This document shows, in pieces, positions 37,436 through 50,682 of a stretch of 64,000 bases of DNA. This DNA is from Octopus vulgaris (lineage: Eukaryota). The translations under genes were made by a program, and so were the position numbers. The DNA lies in contig OX597818.1 of NCBI GenBank assembly GCA_951406725.2, positions 133,982,001 to 134,046,000 on the forward strand, in the 5' to 3' direction. Within the stretch, counting starts at the first letter, position 1. Every line of letters starts with the position of its first letter. The notes beneath the pieces are model-generated. The model saw only the letters and a program-made list of their open reading frames with translations. It did no database searches and was not told the origin of the DNA.

Positions 37436-38083
37436 GCTCAAAACACGATGGCTTGCGGAAATTGGATTTCATTTACACGCAGAGGTCTACTTGTAACGAA
37501 ACAGCTACAAAAAAAGAAGAAAAAGGAAAAGAAAAAAGACGCAAAAGAAAACCCCCAAACTAGTCGTCGTAAATAATATACATTAAATTTGATTGAAGAA
37601 AAAGTAAAATAACATGTTTTTTATGGAGGTAAAATATCTCTCAGGCCAGCGCCAGCAGAGTAGAGACTAAGTGTGTGGTCAATAGCCAATAGATGGCTAA
37701 TTATAAAAAAAATTTGTACAACATCGACAGCATGTTGTTATGTAATAGAAGGGAGAAAAAAATAATAAAACGATGTCTCATATAATATTGGTGACAAGAG
37801 GAAATATAATATGTACATGAATCGTTTTCACCGAGGAATAATGAACTGTGTTGGTTTGATTTAATTTGAGATAGTTTCCTGAATGAAACATTCTGGCCTG
37901 TGTTAATGGGGGTCTCCCAATTTCCTTACACACGTTGCACATATAACTGGATATATAGTATCACGTTTATACACTGATATATACACATATACACATCTGG
38001 GAGTGTATGCCGCCGCAGCTATAGTTACGCAACATATTTTACCTTGTATGCTATACGTTGATCTTTCTTTTATTCAACTTCTC

Positions 38084-38143
<60 letters not shown>

Positions 38144-38552
38144 ACATACACACACACACACATACACATACACACACACACACATTCTCTATCTCTGTCT
38201 TTCTCATTTCAATTATCTGTGTACGAGTGCTGTATCTTGAGAGGATCATTTTGCCAACACACACTGGTTGTATTTCGCATCTAATAATCGTTTCTGATTT
38301 AGGTAAAGGTCCAACAGTTTTGAAGGGAGGGTTTTGGCCGACACCATCGACTTTATTTTACCGACCTCTGGAGGATGAAAGGCAATGTTGACATGTACCA
38401 AAACTGTGAAGCCATGTTGTTAAGTACAGACTACCATACCTCACTTGGTGGCCAAAAACAATATTTCACTAATTGAAATTATAATTTAATTCAGAAAGTA
38501 AATTCATTCGTGTAGATTGAGTTGACTGTTTCCACTGAGGAGAACTAATAAT

Positions 38553-39153
38553 GGATCTTTTATTTACATTTGTGAAGAAAAAAAGATACCCTTCCCCAAC
38601 CCCTAAACCTAACCTTAACCTTAACCTTAACTAACCCTAAATCTAAAATAGATTGAAATGCAATAGATCGATACTAGGGCCATAATTATGGGTGACATTT
38701 TCATATGACACTGCTAGAAAAAAATCTCATTTTTCGTAGCGGTGTCGTATGAAATTGTCACCCATAATTATAACCCTAGTATCGATCTATTGCATTTCAA
38801 TCTATTTTAGATTTAGGGTGAGAGTTAGGGTTAGTTAGGGTTAGGGTTAGGGTTAGGGTTAGAGGTTGGGGAAGGGTATCTTCACAAATGTAAATAAACC
38901 CAATCTGTTTCTTAAAGGAGGGACATATTCATTATGCACAGAATGTTATTTACCTAAATGTACGCCAGCGATTGGTTAAAATTGCCGAAATGCTCGAAAT
39001 TAAAGATGAAATATCTTACAACCTATAGAATTTTTTCAATAAAGCCAAGAGAAAATGATGTTTTATAAACACATTCTACCAGTATGCGAAGTTTAAAACT
39101 TTTTAGTTACCTAGAAATTATGTTACAAAGTGCCATTCAAAAGGAAAAGATCC
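38553..39153. mobile_element. GGATC-family fold-back MITE with deleted left arm and TTAGGG repeats
   Basis: 8-bp TSD CTAATAAT (38545-38552, 39154-39161); (TTAGGG)4 at 38835-38858. Confidence 0.9.
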
Positions 39154-39544
39154 CTAATAATATCGAAACATGTCCAGAGTTATTTACCATAGTTACCAAA
39201 GATCAGACACTCTACCAAAATAATTTAATCTATTTTTCCCCTTGCATCTTTTGAAAATCGCTCTCATTAACACTAGTGAATTTTCTTCTTGTTATGGTTA
39301 TAATTCAACTACGATTAGATACACTATTATTTTTTAGTGTAAAAGTTATGCCTATCTAAGTATTACGAAGATAGTCAATTAGTATCAGGTTTTTGAAAAA
39401 CAATACTTTAATCTATAATATCAAGTAGTGCATTTTGGAGGAATCATGCCTTCTGTACTTACTGGATCTAGATGTAGAACCAATGCTCATGAACTTCACA
39501 AGCCCTTCGAGATCACTGCATTAAAAAATTATTGCAATTTCACT

Positions 39545-41540
39545 CCCGCTGAAAAGACATGAGAAGAGAGGGAATTCCAAACACTAACGTTCTGGAGAAG
39601 GAAGACGTCATGTAATGGTAGTGCGGAACCCTGGATGGGTTGTATATAATATAGGTGATGAGAAAAGAATTGGCAAAGGAATTGTGAGTATGGAAGTACC
39701 CGAGATCAACCAGATTAAAGGAAAATAACCCATTATACGAGCGGTACAAAAGGCAGATAGAGAGGGGACGATACGCCTATAAGACAGAGGCCGTGTCGTA
39801 TCAGTGACTGACTATTCCATTCAGTCGAGTGGAGTTTCTCTGGCTGCGATACAAGGTGTTTATATTTAGCGGTAACACCAACTCAAATGTGGGGGCAATA
39901 CTCCATTATGAGCCCCTCATGAGCTTTGTAGATTGTTGCTAATTGTTGAGATTTGTGAAGTATTTTCTGCTTGCGAAAAGATTATGTCTTTGAGATACAG
40001 TATCACCATGCCAAGGATATGCTTTCGCACTGAGTTGGATGCAAAGTGGGTAGCGAAGGTAGAACCTTTCTCCATTGGGGTACTGCTCACAGAACCACCA
40101 TGGTTAAAAAAATGAAGGAAAAGAGAAATCTGAAAGTTGAAAGAGATCGTTTCAACTAGAGATAAGAGGAATTGACTGTAGTTTGGGAAACGAGGGACTT
40201 TGAGAGTTGAGTGAAGTACAGGGATATTCTTTGTAATTAAAATATTGATGTTGTTAGAGTTGCTGCTCTGAGTAAACGATGCTCAGGTTTTGGGGTAGGT
40301 TAGAAGCGACTTCTCCAGACGTTGTAGGGTTTGTATTTTTTTTACCAAAACAGCTGCAGCACAGCTCTGGGTGAACCACTCGGGTGATGAGGCAATGTGT
40401 GTAGGATGTGGAGGGAAGTACTTGAGAGGGTGGTTTCAGTAAGGCGCTTAAATGTTTCTGATGGATCAGGATCGAAACATATACAACTACATTAAGTTAA
40501 CATTAAACTGGCGGAGCTTCGACAAATACGCTGAGATGAAGTGCCTTAAGACCTGAGGCAACGCGATGTGTTGTATGTAGATTGTGTTAGGAAATAGTAA
40601 TGAAGCTGTGGTGGAAGGGTCCGATAGGCGCAGAGACACTTGGAAGCACACCGTCGGTTACGACGACGAGGGTTCCGGTTGATCCGATCAACGGAACAGC
40701 CTGCTCGTGAAATTAACGTGTAAGTGGCTGAGCACTCCACAGACACGTGTACCCTTAACGTAGTTCTCGGGGATATTCAGCGTGACACAGAGAGTGACAA
40801 GGTCGGCCCTTTGAAATACAGGTACAACAGAAACAGGAAGTGAGAGTGAGAGTGAGAGAAAGTTGTGGTGAAAGAGTACAGCAGGGATCACCACCATCCC
40901 CTGCCGGAGCCTCGTGGAGCTTTAGGTGTTTTCGCTCAATAAACACTCACAACGCCCGGTCTGGGAATCGAAACCGCGATCCTACGACCGCGAGTCCGCT
41001 GCCCTAACCACTGGGCCATTGCGCCTCCACGCAGAGACACTTACTGTCCGGTAGAAGTTAGATTTGATAGATGAAAAAAGATCAAAGGTGTTGAGAGTGT
41101 CTGTATGTCGGTCAGAAGTATGCGTAGGGGATGAAAGAAGGTGATGTAAAAAGTTGGGAAGATAGCTGAAGATTAGGATTTTGCTTCGGTCATTGGCGTG
41201 GGGTGAATGTGGGAGTCAAGACTGCTGAGCATTGAAGTCACCGAGCACAATGACTTTGGAGATTGATGAAGCAAAATATATGTACTCAATGCAAGATATA
41301 ATTGAAGAATTGTTGATAGTTTGAGGAGTTCAGAGAGCTGTCCAGGGAAATTTAGTTTGAAGGACTGAGAAAGGAAAGGAATCAGAGTAATTGGAAGCCA
41401 TTTTGGTTGAATTCCATGTAAGACAGATGAGTAACAGGGGTTATGTAGTTTACATAAATGCAGACACTACCTTTGACTAAAGAGCGTATCATACATAGCC
41501 GAGATGAATTATATAAAGCGATTGAGAAACTATTGTCTCT
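39545..41540 (-). pseudogene. decayed APE-type LINE (CR1/Jockey-like)
   Basis: Minus-strand VIVLGDFN endonuclease motif at ~41231-41254; degenerate coding-like sequence; interrupted by SINE A1. Confidence 0.55.
40641..41030 (-). mobile_element. SINE family A1
   Basis: TSD GCAGAGACACT(T). Confidence 0.95.
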
Positions 41541-41927
41541 GAGAGAATAGGATGTGTGATCTACATGTTAGTAAGAGGAAATGAGAAGAACAAGCCTTAT
41601 ATACAGTCTACTTCTGTACTCTATATTTTGGAGAAAAACTTAATTTTACAACATAGTTTTAAAACACTGAGTAAGCACACGATCTATTTTCTAAATGCTG
41701 ACATATGCAAAAACACCTTAGATATGATTAATGTTCTGAAATACTGATAAAACAATTTATGTTTTTGTTTTAAAAAATAAAAAACGTCACAAAATATAAT
41801 GTTAGCGTTATGGTGACATTCACTTTAAATAAATTTTCTATACTTGTTCTAAAACTATTGTAGTTTTGGTATTTATAATTTGAGTTCTAGTTAGCCGAAT
41901 TTTGATAAATGCACTACGTTACTATAT

Positions 41928-42140
41928 CACTTCACTTTGATCACTTTGACCGACCAGTCCGTCAGGCGTCCATTTGACACCGCTGGTCACAGCACGCTGT
42001 CCACTCCTCTCTGAATCGCGCCTTTCTCATCCACGTGATCCCAATCGTCCTCTTGAAATCGTCACTCCACCGTTGTGGAGGTCTTCTCGGTGGTCTTTTC
42101 CGTTCACGCGGGTACCATATATAGTGACGAACCCGCGTGG
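41928..42140 (-). mobile_element. 5'-truncated RTE-clade LINE 3' end
   Basis: Minus strand WYPRERKRPPRRPPQRWSDDFKRTIGITWMRKARFREEWTACCDQRCQMDA-stop, short repeat tail; TSD TACGTTACTATAT at 41915-41927 and 42141-42153. Confidence 0.85.
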
Positions 42141-42872
42141 TACGTTACTATATATGACAGCGAAAAAAATAGATTCAAAAGAACAGTAAAAGTAATTGAG
42201 ATGGATAAATATGATTCGCTGCTGAATATGTTTTGTATAGAAAACATGGACAGAAACATTCTAAAGAATATAGAACGCTATAATTGTAATTGTGAATAGC
42301 TGTCTTAAAGATGACACTTAGTTTTTCAATTATGAATATGGTGTTTATATTGAAATCATTGATAAATCCAATCTAAGGTTTAGACTATATCTTTTAGCAG
42401 CATCAAACAATAAGAATAATCAGAAAGCTGATAGTATCCACACCGTTCTTTAGATCCTCCAAAAGTCACTGTAAAGGATCAAGAAGGAAGGGCGTTATCA
42501 TCAGGCTAGAGACTTGATCTAAATGTTTGTAACAGAGTAGTCGTTATCTAATGACCAATAGTTGGTGTTAAACAGCGGTGCATTATAGAAGATGGTGGAA
42601 GACTTTGGATGTCGGAAAGTGGCACCTCGACGTGTTCTAGGCCTAAAAAGTTTTAAGTAATGTGGAACAGAATCAAACTGATATACATACAAGCACATAC
42701 ACACCATACATATGCATATATTTCAGAGGTCCCTGAAGAACGACATGGATGCTGCTACCCCTTTTCTGATTAACTAAAAGACACCGAAAGGACAGATCTA
42801 TGGTGAAAGGTTATTCAGCTGTGGTCATCCTGCTTTTTAAGAGCATGTACGACTGCATTATATAACGTTAAC

Positions 42873-43456
42873 GAAGGTGGCGAGCTAGCAGAAACGTTAG
42901 CACGCCGGGCGAAATACTTTAGCGGTATTTCGTCTGCCGCTACGTTCTGAGTTCAAATTCCGCCGAGGTCGACTTTGCCATTCATTCTTTCGGGGTCGAT
43001 TAAATAAGTACTAGTTACGTACTGGAGTCGATATAATCGACTTAATACCTATGTCTGTCCTTGTTTGTCCTCTCTGTGTTTAGCCCCTTGCGGGTAGTAA
43101 AGAAATAGGTATTTCGTCTGCTGTTGCGTTCTGAGTTCAAATTCCGCCGAGGTCGACCTTGCCTTTCATTCTTTCGGGGTTGATTAAATAAGTACCAGTT
43201 ATGCACTGGGTCGATAAACGACTTAAATCGTTTATCTGTCCTTGTTTGTCCCCCTCTGTGTTTAGCCCCCTGTGGGTAGCAAAGAAATAGGTATTTCGTC
43301 TGTCGCTACGTTCTCAGTTCAAATTCCGCCGAGTTCGCCTTTGCCTTTCATCCTTTCGGGGTCGATAAATTAAGTACCAGTTGCGTACTGGGTTCGATCT
43401 AATCGACTGCCCCCCACTCTCAAATTTCAAGCCTTGAGCCTACAGTAGAAAAGATT
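42873..43456 (+). mobile_element. SINE family B trimer with two different tails
   Basis: Head + 3 bodies; units 1-2 end ...AAAGAAATA, unit 3 ends ...AGTAGAAAAGATT; TSD TAACGTTAAC. Confidence 0.9.
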
Positions 43457-43491
43457 TAACGTTAACCTACTTTATTTAATGCTTTGATGCA

Positions 43492-43710
43492 GGGCTGCGA
43501 GCTGGCAAGCCAGGTGTTTGAGTCCTTACGTTCTGAATCCAAATTCCGCCGAGGCCGACTTTGCCTTTCATCCTTGCGGGGTCGATAAATTAAGTACCAG
43601 TTACGCACTGGGTTCGATATAATCGACTTAATCCGTTTTGTCTGTCCTTGTTTGTACCATTTGATCACTGGGGTTGATGTAATCGACTTAACTACTCCTA
43701 GGAAAGATTA
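43492..43710 (+). mobile_element. SINE family B, rearranged
   Basis: B core GCCTTTCATCCTTGCGGGGTCGATAAATTAAGTACCAG. Confidence 0.75.
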
Positions 43711-43925
43711 TAAAAATTGCATCTTTTTTGCCAAACCATGTCGAGCGTGTGTGGCAGAGTAGTATCACCAAACCAGTATGTTCTCAAGTTCAAATTCACG
43801 ACTTCCACATCAGACTGTGTTTGGTGGGGAGAACATGCTGAGGCTTTTGTCTTGCAGTGGACTGAAACATAAGCAAATCCAATCTAATGCTTATCTTTAT
43901 TGAAGAATATATAAGAATATACGCA

Positions 43926-44148
43926 ATAGGCGCAGGAGTGGCTGTGTGGTAAGTAGCTTGCTAACCAACCACATGGTTCCGGGTTCAGTCCCACTGCGTG
44001 GCATCTTGGGCAAGTGTCTTCTGCTATAGCCCCGGGCCGACCAATGCCTTGTGAGTGGATTTGGTAGACGGAAACTGAAAGAAGCCTGTCGTATATATGT
44101 ATATATATGTATATATGTGTGTGTGGGGGGGGTTGTGTGTCTGTGTTT
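43926..44148 (+). mobile_element. SINE family C, 3'-truncated
   Basis: Head and core nearly identical to the 56178 copy. Confidence 0.9.
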
Positions 44149-44432
44149 GAGTCGTTATAGAAATAGTAGTTATAGAAAATGTAGGTACAAGATTCAACAC
44201 ATCTGTGGCTCCAATGTAGGAGTATATTGAGGAACGATTTCACAATAAATCAGTTCGGTGGTCTTTTTCTCTAAATGTAGGTTAGGGTGTCTCCGTGTGT
44301 AGCAGTAGCACCACCACAGATGCGGGAACGGCACTCCGTTTCTGGTTTTGTCTAAGCCATGTAGAGAATTAGTAGTTGTTGGGTATTAAAGCATTTTTTA
44401 ATCATAAAAAGTAAAGCCACATTCGTGAGGTG

Positions 44433-45120
44433 CAGTGGCGGCCCGTAGATAAAATTAGTCGGGGTGCTGCTTCAGAAAATTTTTAGCCGTTGTTTTGATA
44501 TTGTGTAAAAGGAAACAAACATATAAAACGAAAATTTATGCATAAACTTAATCGGGTCGCGTTTAGCCACTGCCAGGTAGTGTATTTAATTTGTTCACTG
44601 AACATCGCCGCGAATTACCCCTTGTTTTCCAAAAATCCCCACTAAATCACAAAATAAGGGGTGGGTAAATCTGTCCTATTTTTCAAATCCTAGCAGCAAC
44701 ACTGTAGCTGGAAGCAGGATAATAATCTAATTCTACACTTATTACATTCAAGAATATAAACACGCTTTTAAGCACAACACATGCGGAGTCAAAAAGAAAC
44801 ACTACCTTTCGCCAGCACACCATGGTCGGCACTGCGTGAACCACAGTGCTCTCTCTCCCTAGCGTGCAGCTTCCTATCTCGGACATGTGAACATGCGCAC
44901 AAAAGTCAAACACCGCATCACTGGAACTGTGAAGCGCACGGTTCTATACAAGGATTTTTGTATTTTTTTCATAAATTAAGGGATGGCTACTGACATTAAA
45001 CTTAAGGCTTATATAATGTACAAGTATACAGAAAGAATTTTAAAAAAAAGGACTCATTATATTGAATGTTATCGATAATATCGAATGGAAATAGGGATGC
45101 TTATACACGAGCCGCCACTG
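44433..45120 (-). mobile_element. hAT MITE (688 bp)
   Basis: TIR CAGTGGCGG; TSD GTGAG(G/A)TG; homolog of 32205-33678. Confidence 0.9.
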
Positions 45121-45792
45121 GTGAGATGCAATTTTTGCTATGTTGTTTATTTCGTATGGACACTGTTATTGCTTTCAATGTACCATTACAGCTGAAATTA
45201 TCAACAGATAATGCTGATTGGGTCCAATGTTTTACCAAATGTATTCATACTGACATCGACCAACTTCTATAATGTTACAAATCATAAACTAACCCGAAGT
45301 TGCGCCGCAAGAGATATCTATGCGCGCTACGTCACGGATTTTTGAAAAAAATAAAAACTTTACAAAATCTATTCCAAAGACTGTTTAGTCTTAAGAAACA
45401 TGTTACTACATAAGTATGATTAATAAGGTAAAGTAATACTTTTTCTATAATCTTTCTAAATTTTTAACTTTAAAACAGGGCGTCAATGGTTTTTAAGTTT
45501 CCGTACGGAGTGTACAGGTGATTTTAAACTTCCCATACGATTTCTAGCGCCCTACAAAGTCAAATGGATTGAGAACCATTAAATTTATTAACTGTCCAAA
45601 AGAATTCTCCATTCACCAATCTTAGTTTTGTCACTTGTTTTCTGTTCTGAGATCAAATCGTTTCACAATCAACATCCGGTGTTTTCCTGTTGTATTGATA
45701 AATTAGATACCAGTAATATACTGTGGGAGGGATGACTATATATCATTAACGTATATATAAGGGTACGGAGTAAAGCATATCAATAGTTAAAT

Positions 45793-46027
45793 AAGGCGGC
45801 GAGCTGGCAGACACGTTAGCACGCCGGGCGAAATGCGTTGCCGTATTTCGTCTGCCGTTACGCTCTGAGTTCAAATGCCGCCGAGGTCGACTTTGCCTTT
45901 CATCCTTTCGGAGTCGATAAAGTAAGTACCAGTTGCGCACTGGGGTCGATGTAATCGACTTAATCCCCTTTGTCTGTCCTTGTTTGTCCCCTCTGTGTTT
46001 AGCCCCTTGTGGGTAGTAAAGAAATAT
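45793..46027 (+). mobile_element. SINE family B, full-length monomer
   Basis: GGCGGCGAGCTGGCAGA head, GAGTTCAAATGCC B box; 16-bp TSD ATATCAATAGTTAAAT. Confidence 0.93.
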
Positions 46028-46635
46028 ATATCAATAGTTAAATCACTCTAAAAGTTTTACCAGGAGTTTTTTTTTAGAGTCATTTAATCTGTTGTGGATA
46101 TTTATTCCTGGTATTCCTACCATTTATAATGTTTTTTTTTCTTTTTTCAATTATTTATGTACATCAAAAGTTAATTTCTCTCGTCTTGTGAATGTGTGTG
46201 TGTGCATGCGCGCGCGCGTATTTGTGTGTGTGTGCACGCGCGTGTATGTGAGAGAGACTGCATTAGTCAACCTTTATGCGTATGCATTTCCAGTTGTATG
46301 AGAAGGACAACATTTAAATTGCTTTAACAGCTACATAATGTCACGGATGTATACGATATTTTTTTATGTCTCACTATATTTTTGTCAAAGTTTACATTTT
46401 ATTCAATTGCGCGCGAATGTTGCAGTCAGTGCGTGATTAGCAAGAACAGGGGCACAGGATATTGTCCATGTCAAGTCGACAATTAAAAACAGAGTAAGCA
46501 TAGTGGCAAGGGGCTGAAAGTGACAAGCGACCGGTTAAAAGAAAATAATGACAAATAATAAAAAAAGATTAAAAAAATAAAAAAAAAAAGCAAAACAAAT
46601 AAACAAAAAAAACTGAAGAAAATAAAAATGCAGAA

Positions 46636-46702
46636 ATGATCCACCTCAGCATTCCACATGTCTGCCAATCTTACTCTTTTATAGGTATTGATAGTAATGC
46701 TT
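46636..46702 (+). CDS. possible upstream or alternative first exon (unknown gene)
   Basis: TCAGT initiator-like motif at ~46427, ATG 46636, MIHLSIPHVCQSYSFIGIDSNA + 1 nt, GTAAGT at 46703; TE-poor region. Confidence 0.25.
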
Positions 46703-47954
46703 GTAAGTTGAATAAAATATGTATAAATTAACGGACATTAGTCAGTGGTCTTTTGCAAGACGGAGAACGTTGAGGAAATGAGTTTGCATTCTACATAAGT
46801 TTTAAGAAGCATGCATGAACCGATACAGGTCGACTGAATTTCGTTTTGAATTTAGATTTGATTTCTTCTAAAAAAAAAAAAAAAAAAAAAGGCAAAATGT
46901 GATTTTAGTAAATGCTCTTTTAAACTTTGAATCATTTTAAAGAGACTGATAAATTGATTTATAACATGGACATATAATTTTATTATTTTAAGAATAATAA
47001 AATGAAAATCATTATTTTAAAAATGTTTGCTATAATTTAAGACGCCCTGGCTTTTGTTTTTAAAGTGCACCGCGAATTTGACACAAGGAGACGATGTCTT
47101 TTAACTTTGTGGCGGAAAAAATAACAGCAACATGTCAATTCAACACGAAATCATTGTTTGGTGATACTTGTTCAGCCTTTTAACGAAAACCATTCACTGA
47201 AACTGTTTCGTATTAGTTTTAGATGGCATTACTATTCCGCTTGCCGTAAAGATTTTGCTTGGTAAAATCTTAAAAGCATAAATTCTATTCTTAACGCCAT
47301 CTCTGAAAGATATTTTAAAGATTGAAAAGATTGGAAAAAAAATTCGATATAAATGAATTTTCAGAAAAGCTTAAACAAGTTTAACAGAATCACAGTTGGC
47401 TTCTCGGTATTGTTTATTATTATTTTGATATCATCTAACATGAAAATCAACTGACGATCGAAGATAATCTACATTCTTCAAATTTTTGCTTCATCTTCTT
47501 TCATTTCATTTCATCTTTTTGTCTGTCGTTCTGTGAGTGTGTCTGTGTGTATGTGTGTGTGTATGTGTGTGTGTACGCGTGTGCGCGTGTGTATTTCTTT
47601 CCCAATCTCTGTCTCCCGTTTTGTGTCTGCCAAACCTGATCCCTGTAACTTTGTATCGTTCGCTTTGTGTTCTGTTCTACCTATCACTTGTCTGTCACTC
47701 TCCTTTCTAACATTACCCTATTGTGTGTGAATCAACCGATCTTATGATTGTCATCAAATGTTCAAGTTCTTGGCTTTTAACACGAATACGAAATCAAGGA
47801 AGGATGTAATTGCTACTCATTTCAAAAGTCAGAACTAAACGAATATTATCGTCTGTTACCAATACTATCCCAACACTATCAGTTGCTGGTGCTAACATTT
47901 TCCCTACCATCGATACTACCAAATTTCCAGCTTCAGCGACAACATAAATACAGC

Positions 47955-48009
47955 ATGAAGATTCAAATTTTTCTACTGTTTATTCAAGCAACAATTCTTC
48001 CTTTCAGTG
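47955..48009 (+). CDS. candidate first coding exon encoding a signal peptide (unknown gene)
   Basis: ACAGC-ATG context; MKIQIFLLFIQATILPFS + G then GTGAGT donor (phase 1); TE-poor region. Confidence 0.55.
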
Positions 48010-48065
48010 GTGAGTAAAAGAAATTATAACTCTCTGTCTTTCTCTGTCTCTCTTTCTCTCAGTCA

Positions 48066-48103
<38 letters not shown>

Positions 48104-48325
48104 GTCTCTCTCTGAAAACAGTTCAGAACTATTTTGTTTTCGTATTTTCAATTAGTTATTACTGTTGCTGTCATTATTATTACTATCATTATTACTCATT
48201 TATTTCAATTAATTAAAATTTGTGAGTCACGTAGAAGTTTCTTTCTTTTAACCGAAAACAAGAAATACACTTTTGAACAGACATATCAAATATTTAAAGT
48301 TATCGATTACATTAAGTGACCTGAA

Positions 48326-48891
48326 TGTGGTGAACTGACAGAATTGTTAGCCTGCTGGACACGATTCTTAGTGACATTTCTTCCAGCTGTACGTTCTGAG
48401 TTCAAATTCCACCGAGGTCGGCTTTACCTTTCTTCCTTTCGGGGTCGATAAATTAAGTACGGGTTGCGTGCTGGGGTCGATCTAATCGACTGGCCCCCCT
48501 CCTCCAAAATTTCGGGCCTTGTGCCAAAAGTAGAAAAGAATACTTAATGACATTTCTTCCAGCTTTACGTTCTGAGTTCAAATTCCACCGAGGTCGGCTT
48601 TACCTTTCTTCCTTTTGGGGTCGATAAATTAAGTACGGGTTGCGTGCTGGGGTCGATCTAATCGACTGGCCCCCTCCTCCAAAATTTCGGGCCTTGTGCC
48701 AAGAGTAGAAAAGAATACTTAGTGACATTTCTTCCAGCTGTACGTTCTGAGTTCAAATTCCACCGAGGTCGGCTTTACCATTCATCCTTTCGGGGGTCAA
48801 TAAAATGAGTACTAGTTGAGCATTGGGGTCGATGTAATCGAGTAGCCCTTTCTCCAAAAATTTCAGATTAAGTACCTTTAGTAGAAAGAAT
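48326..48891 (+). mobile_element. SINE family B variant trimer
   Basis: Three ~176-bp bodies starting near 48371, 48547 and 48722, tail ...GTAGAAAAGAAT. Confidence 0.88.
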
Positions 48892-48958
48892 TACATTAAG
48901 AGACTTCTCTTAATGTTTTTGTTGTTTGTCTCCAAGTCAGCCTTGATCAGGAGAAGCT

Positions 48959-49383
48959 CTCTCTTTACTCTTTACTCTTTTACTTGTTTCAGTCATTTGA
49001 CTGCGGCCATGCTGGAGCACCGCCTTTAGTCGAGCAAATCGACCCCGGGACTTATTCTTTTGTAAGCCCAGTACTTATTCTATCGGTCTCTTTTGCCGGA
49101 CCGCTAGGTGACGGGGACGTAAACACACCAGCATCGGTTGTCAAGCAATGCTAGGGGGACAAACACAGTCACACAAACATATACACACACACACTTATAT
49201 ATATATATACATATATACGACAGGCTTCTTTTCAGTTTCCGTCTACCAAATCCACTCACAAGGCATTGGTCGGCCCGGGGCTATAGCAGAAGACACTTGC
49301 CCAAGATGCCACGCAGTGGGACTGAACCCGGAACCATGTGGTTGGTTAGCAAGCTACTTACCACACAGCCACTCCTGCGCCTA
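48959..49383 (-). mobile_element. SINE family C, full length
   Basis: (CTCTTTTA)n tail, head ...ACTCCTGCGCCTAT. Confidence 0.93.
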
Positions 49384-49508
49384 TGGATAGATATTTCCTA
49401 CCATGACCTTATATCTGGGGGGAAGATTTTATAAATTGCATTAAGAAAAATCTCTAACAATATTGGTTAATCTTGTGAGATTATTTTCTACGTGGTGATG
49501 TGAATATT

Positions 49509-49672
49509 TAGGCGTGGGTGTGTGGTTGGGAAACAAGCTTCTCAGCCATGTGGCCTCGGTTGAGTCCTAGTGCGCGTCACCTTGGGGGAAGTGTCCTCTA
49601 CTAAAAGCCCCCAGGGCTGGCACAAAGCAGTGTGAGTGGATTTGGTAAACGGAATCTGAAAGAAGCCAATTG

Positions 49673-49713
<41 letters not shown>

Positions 49714-49970
49714 GTGTGGTTGTGTGTGTGTGTGTGCGTGTGTGTGTGCGTGTGTGTTAGTGTGGTTGTGTGTGTGTATGTGTGCGTGTTAGTGTTGTGT
49801 GTGTGTGTGTGTGTGTGTATGTTTGTGTGTGTGTGTGTGTGTATGTTTGTGTGTGTGTGTGTGTTTGCCATCCACCGCCGCTTGATAACTGGGTTCAGTT
49901 TGTTCGACTAAACCCTGCAAGACTGACCCCCCATCATGGCTGCAGTCCAATGACTGGGAAAAGTAAAAGA
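49509..49970 (+). mobile_element. SINE family C, diverged, with expanded (GT)n
   Basis: Diverged head, core and tail around a ~190-bp GT tract. Confidence 0.7.
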
Positions 49971-50262
49971 TATTTGCCAACTATAGATACGAACATCGGA
50001 GTATTTCTTAGAGGCCTTAATCACTTTAGGTTTGTAGTTAAGCTTGTAATTTCTTAGATTCTGTGCACGATAGTCTGGTTACTGGTATTCGTCATCATCA
50101 TCATCATCATCATCACCACAACGATCATCGCCACCACCATCGATCACTATCATCATCACCAACATCAACGTTGTCATCGCCTTCGTCGTCGTTGTTATCA
50201 TCATTATCGTCGTCGTCATCATCATCATCATCATGATCATCATCAAAGAATGTAATGGATAT

Positions 50263-50682
50263 ACTCTTTACTCTTTTACTCTTTTACTCGTTTCAGTCAT
50301 TTGACTGCGGCCATGCTGGAGCACCGCCTTTAGTCGAGCAAATCGACCCCCGGGATTTATTCTTTGTAAGCCCAGTACTTATTCTATCGGTCTCTTTTGC
50401 CGAACCGCTAAGTGACGGGGACGTAAACACACCAGCATAGGTTGTCAAGCAATGCTAGGGGGACAAACACAGTCACACAAACATATACACACACACACAT
50501 ATATATATATACATATATACGACAGGCTTCTTTCAGTTTCCGTCTACCAAATCCACTCATAAGGCATTGATCGGCCCCAGGCTATAGAAGACACTTGCCC
50601 AAGATGCCACGCAGTGGGACTGAACCCATAACCATGTGGTTGGTAGGCAAGCTACTTACCACACAGCCACTCCTGCGCCTAT
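50263..50682 (-). mobile_element. SINE family C, full length
   Basis: Near-identical to 48959-49383. Confidence 0.93.

Noticed and set aside
36475-37576. Long MYVC/HTYI ORFs (also near 18k, 22k, 28k, 52k, 58k, 59k)
   Set aside because: Translations of (TACA)n and (TA)n microsatellites
38815-38866. Interstitial telomere or chromosome fusion scar
   Set aside because: The TTAGGG and CCCTAA tracts lie inside a TSD-flanked MITE present in several copies
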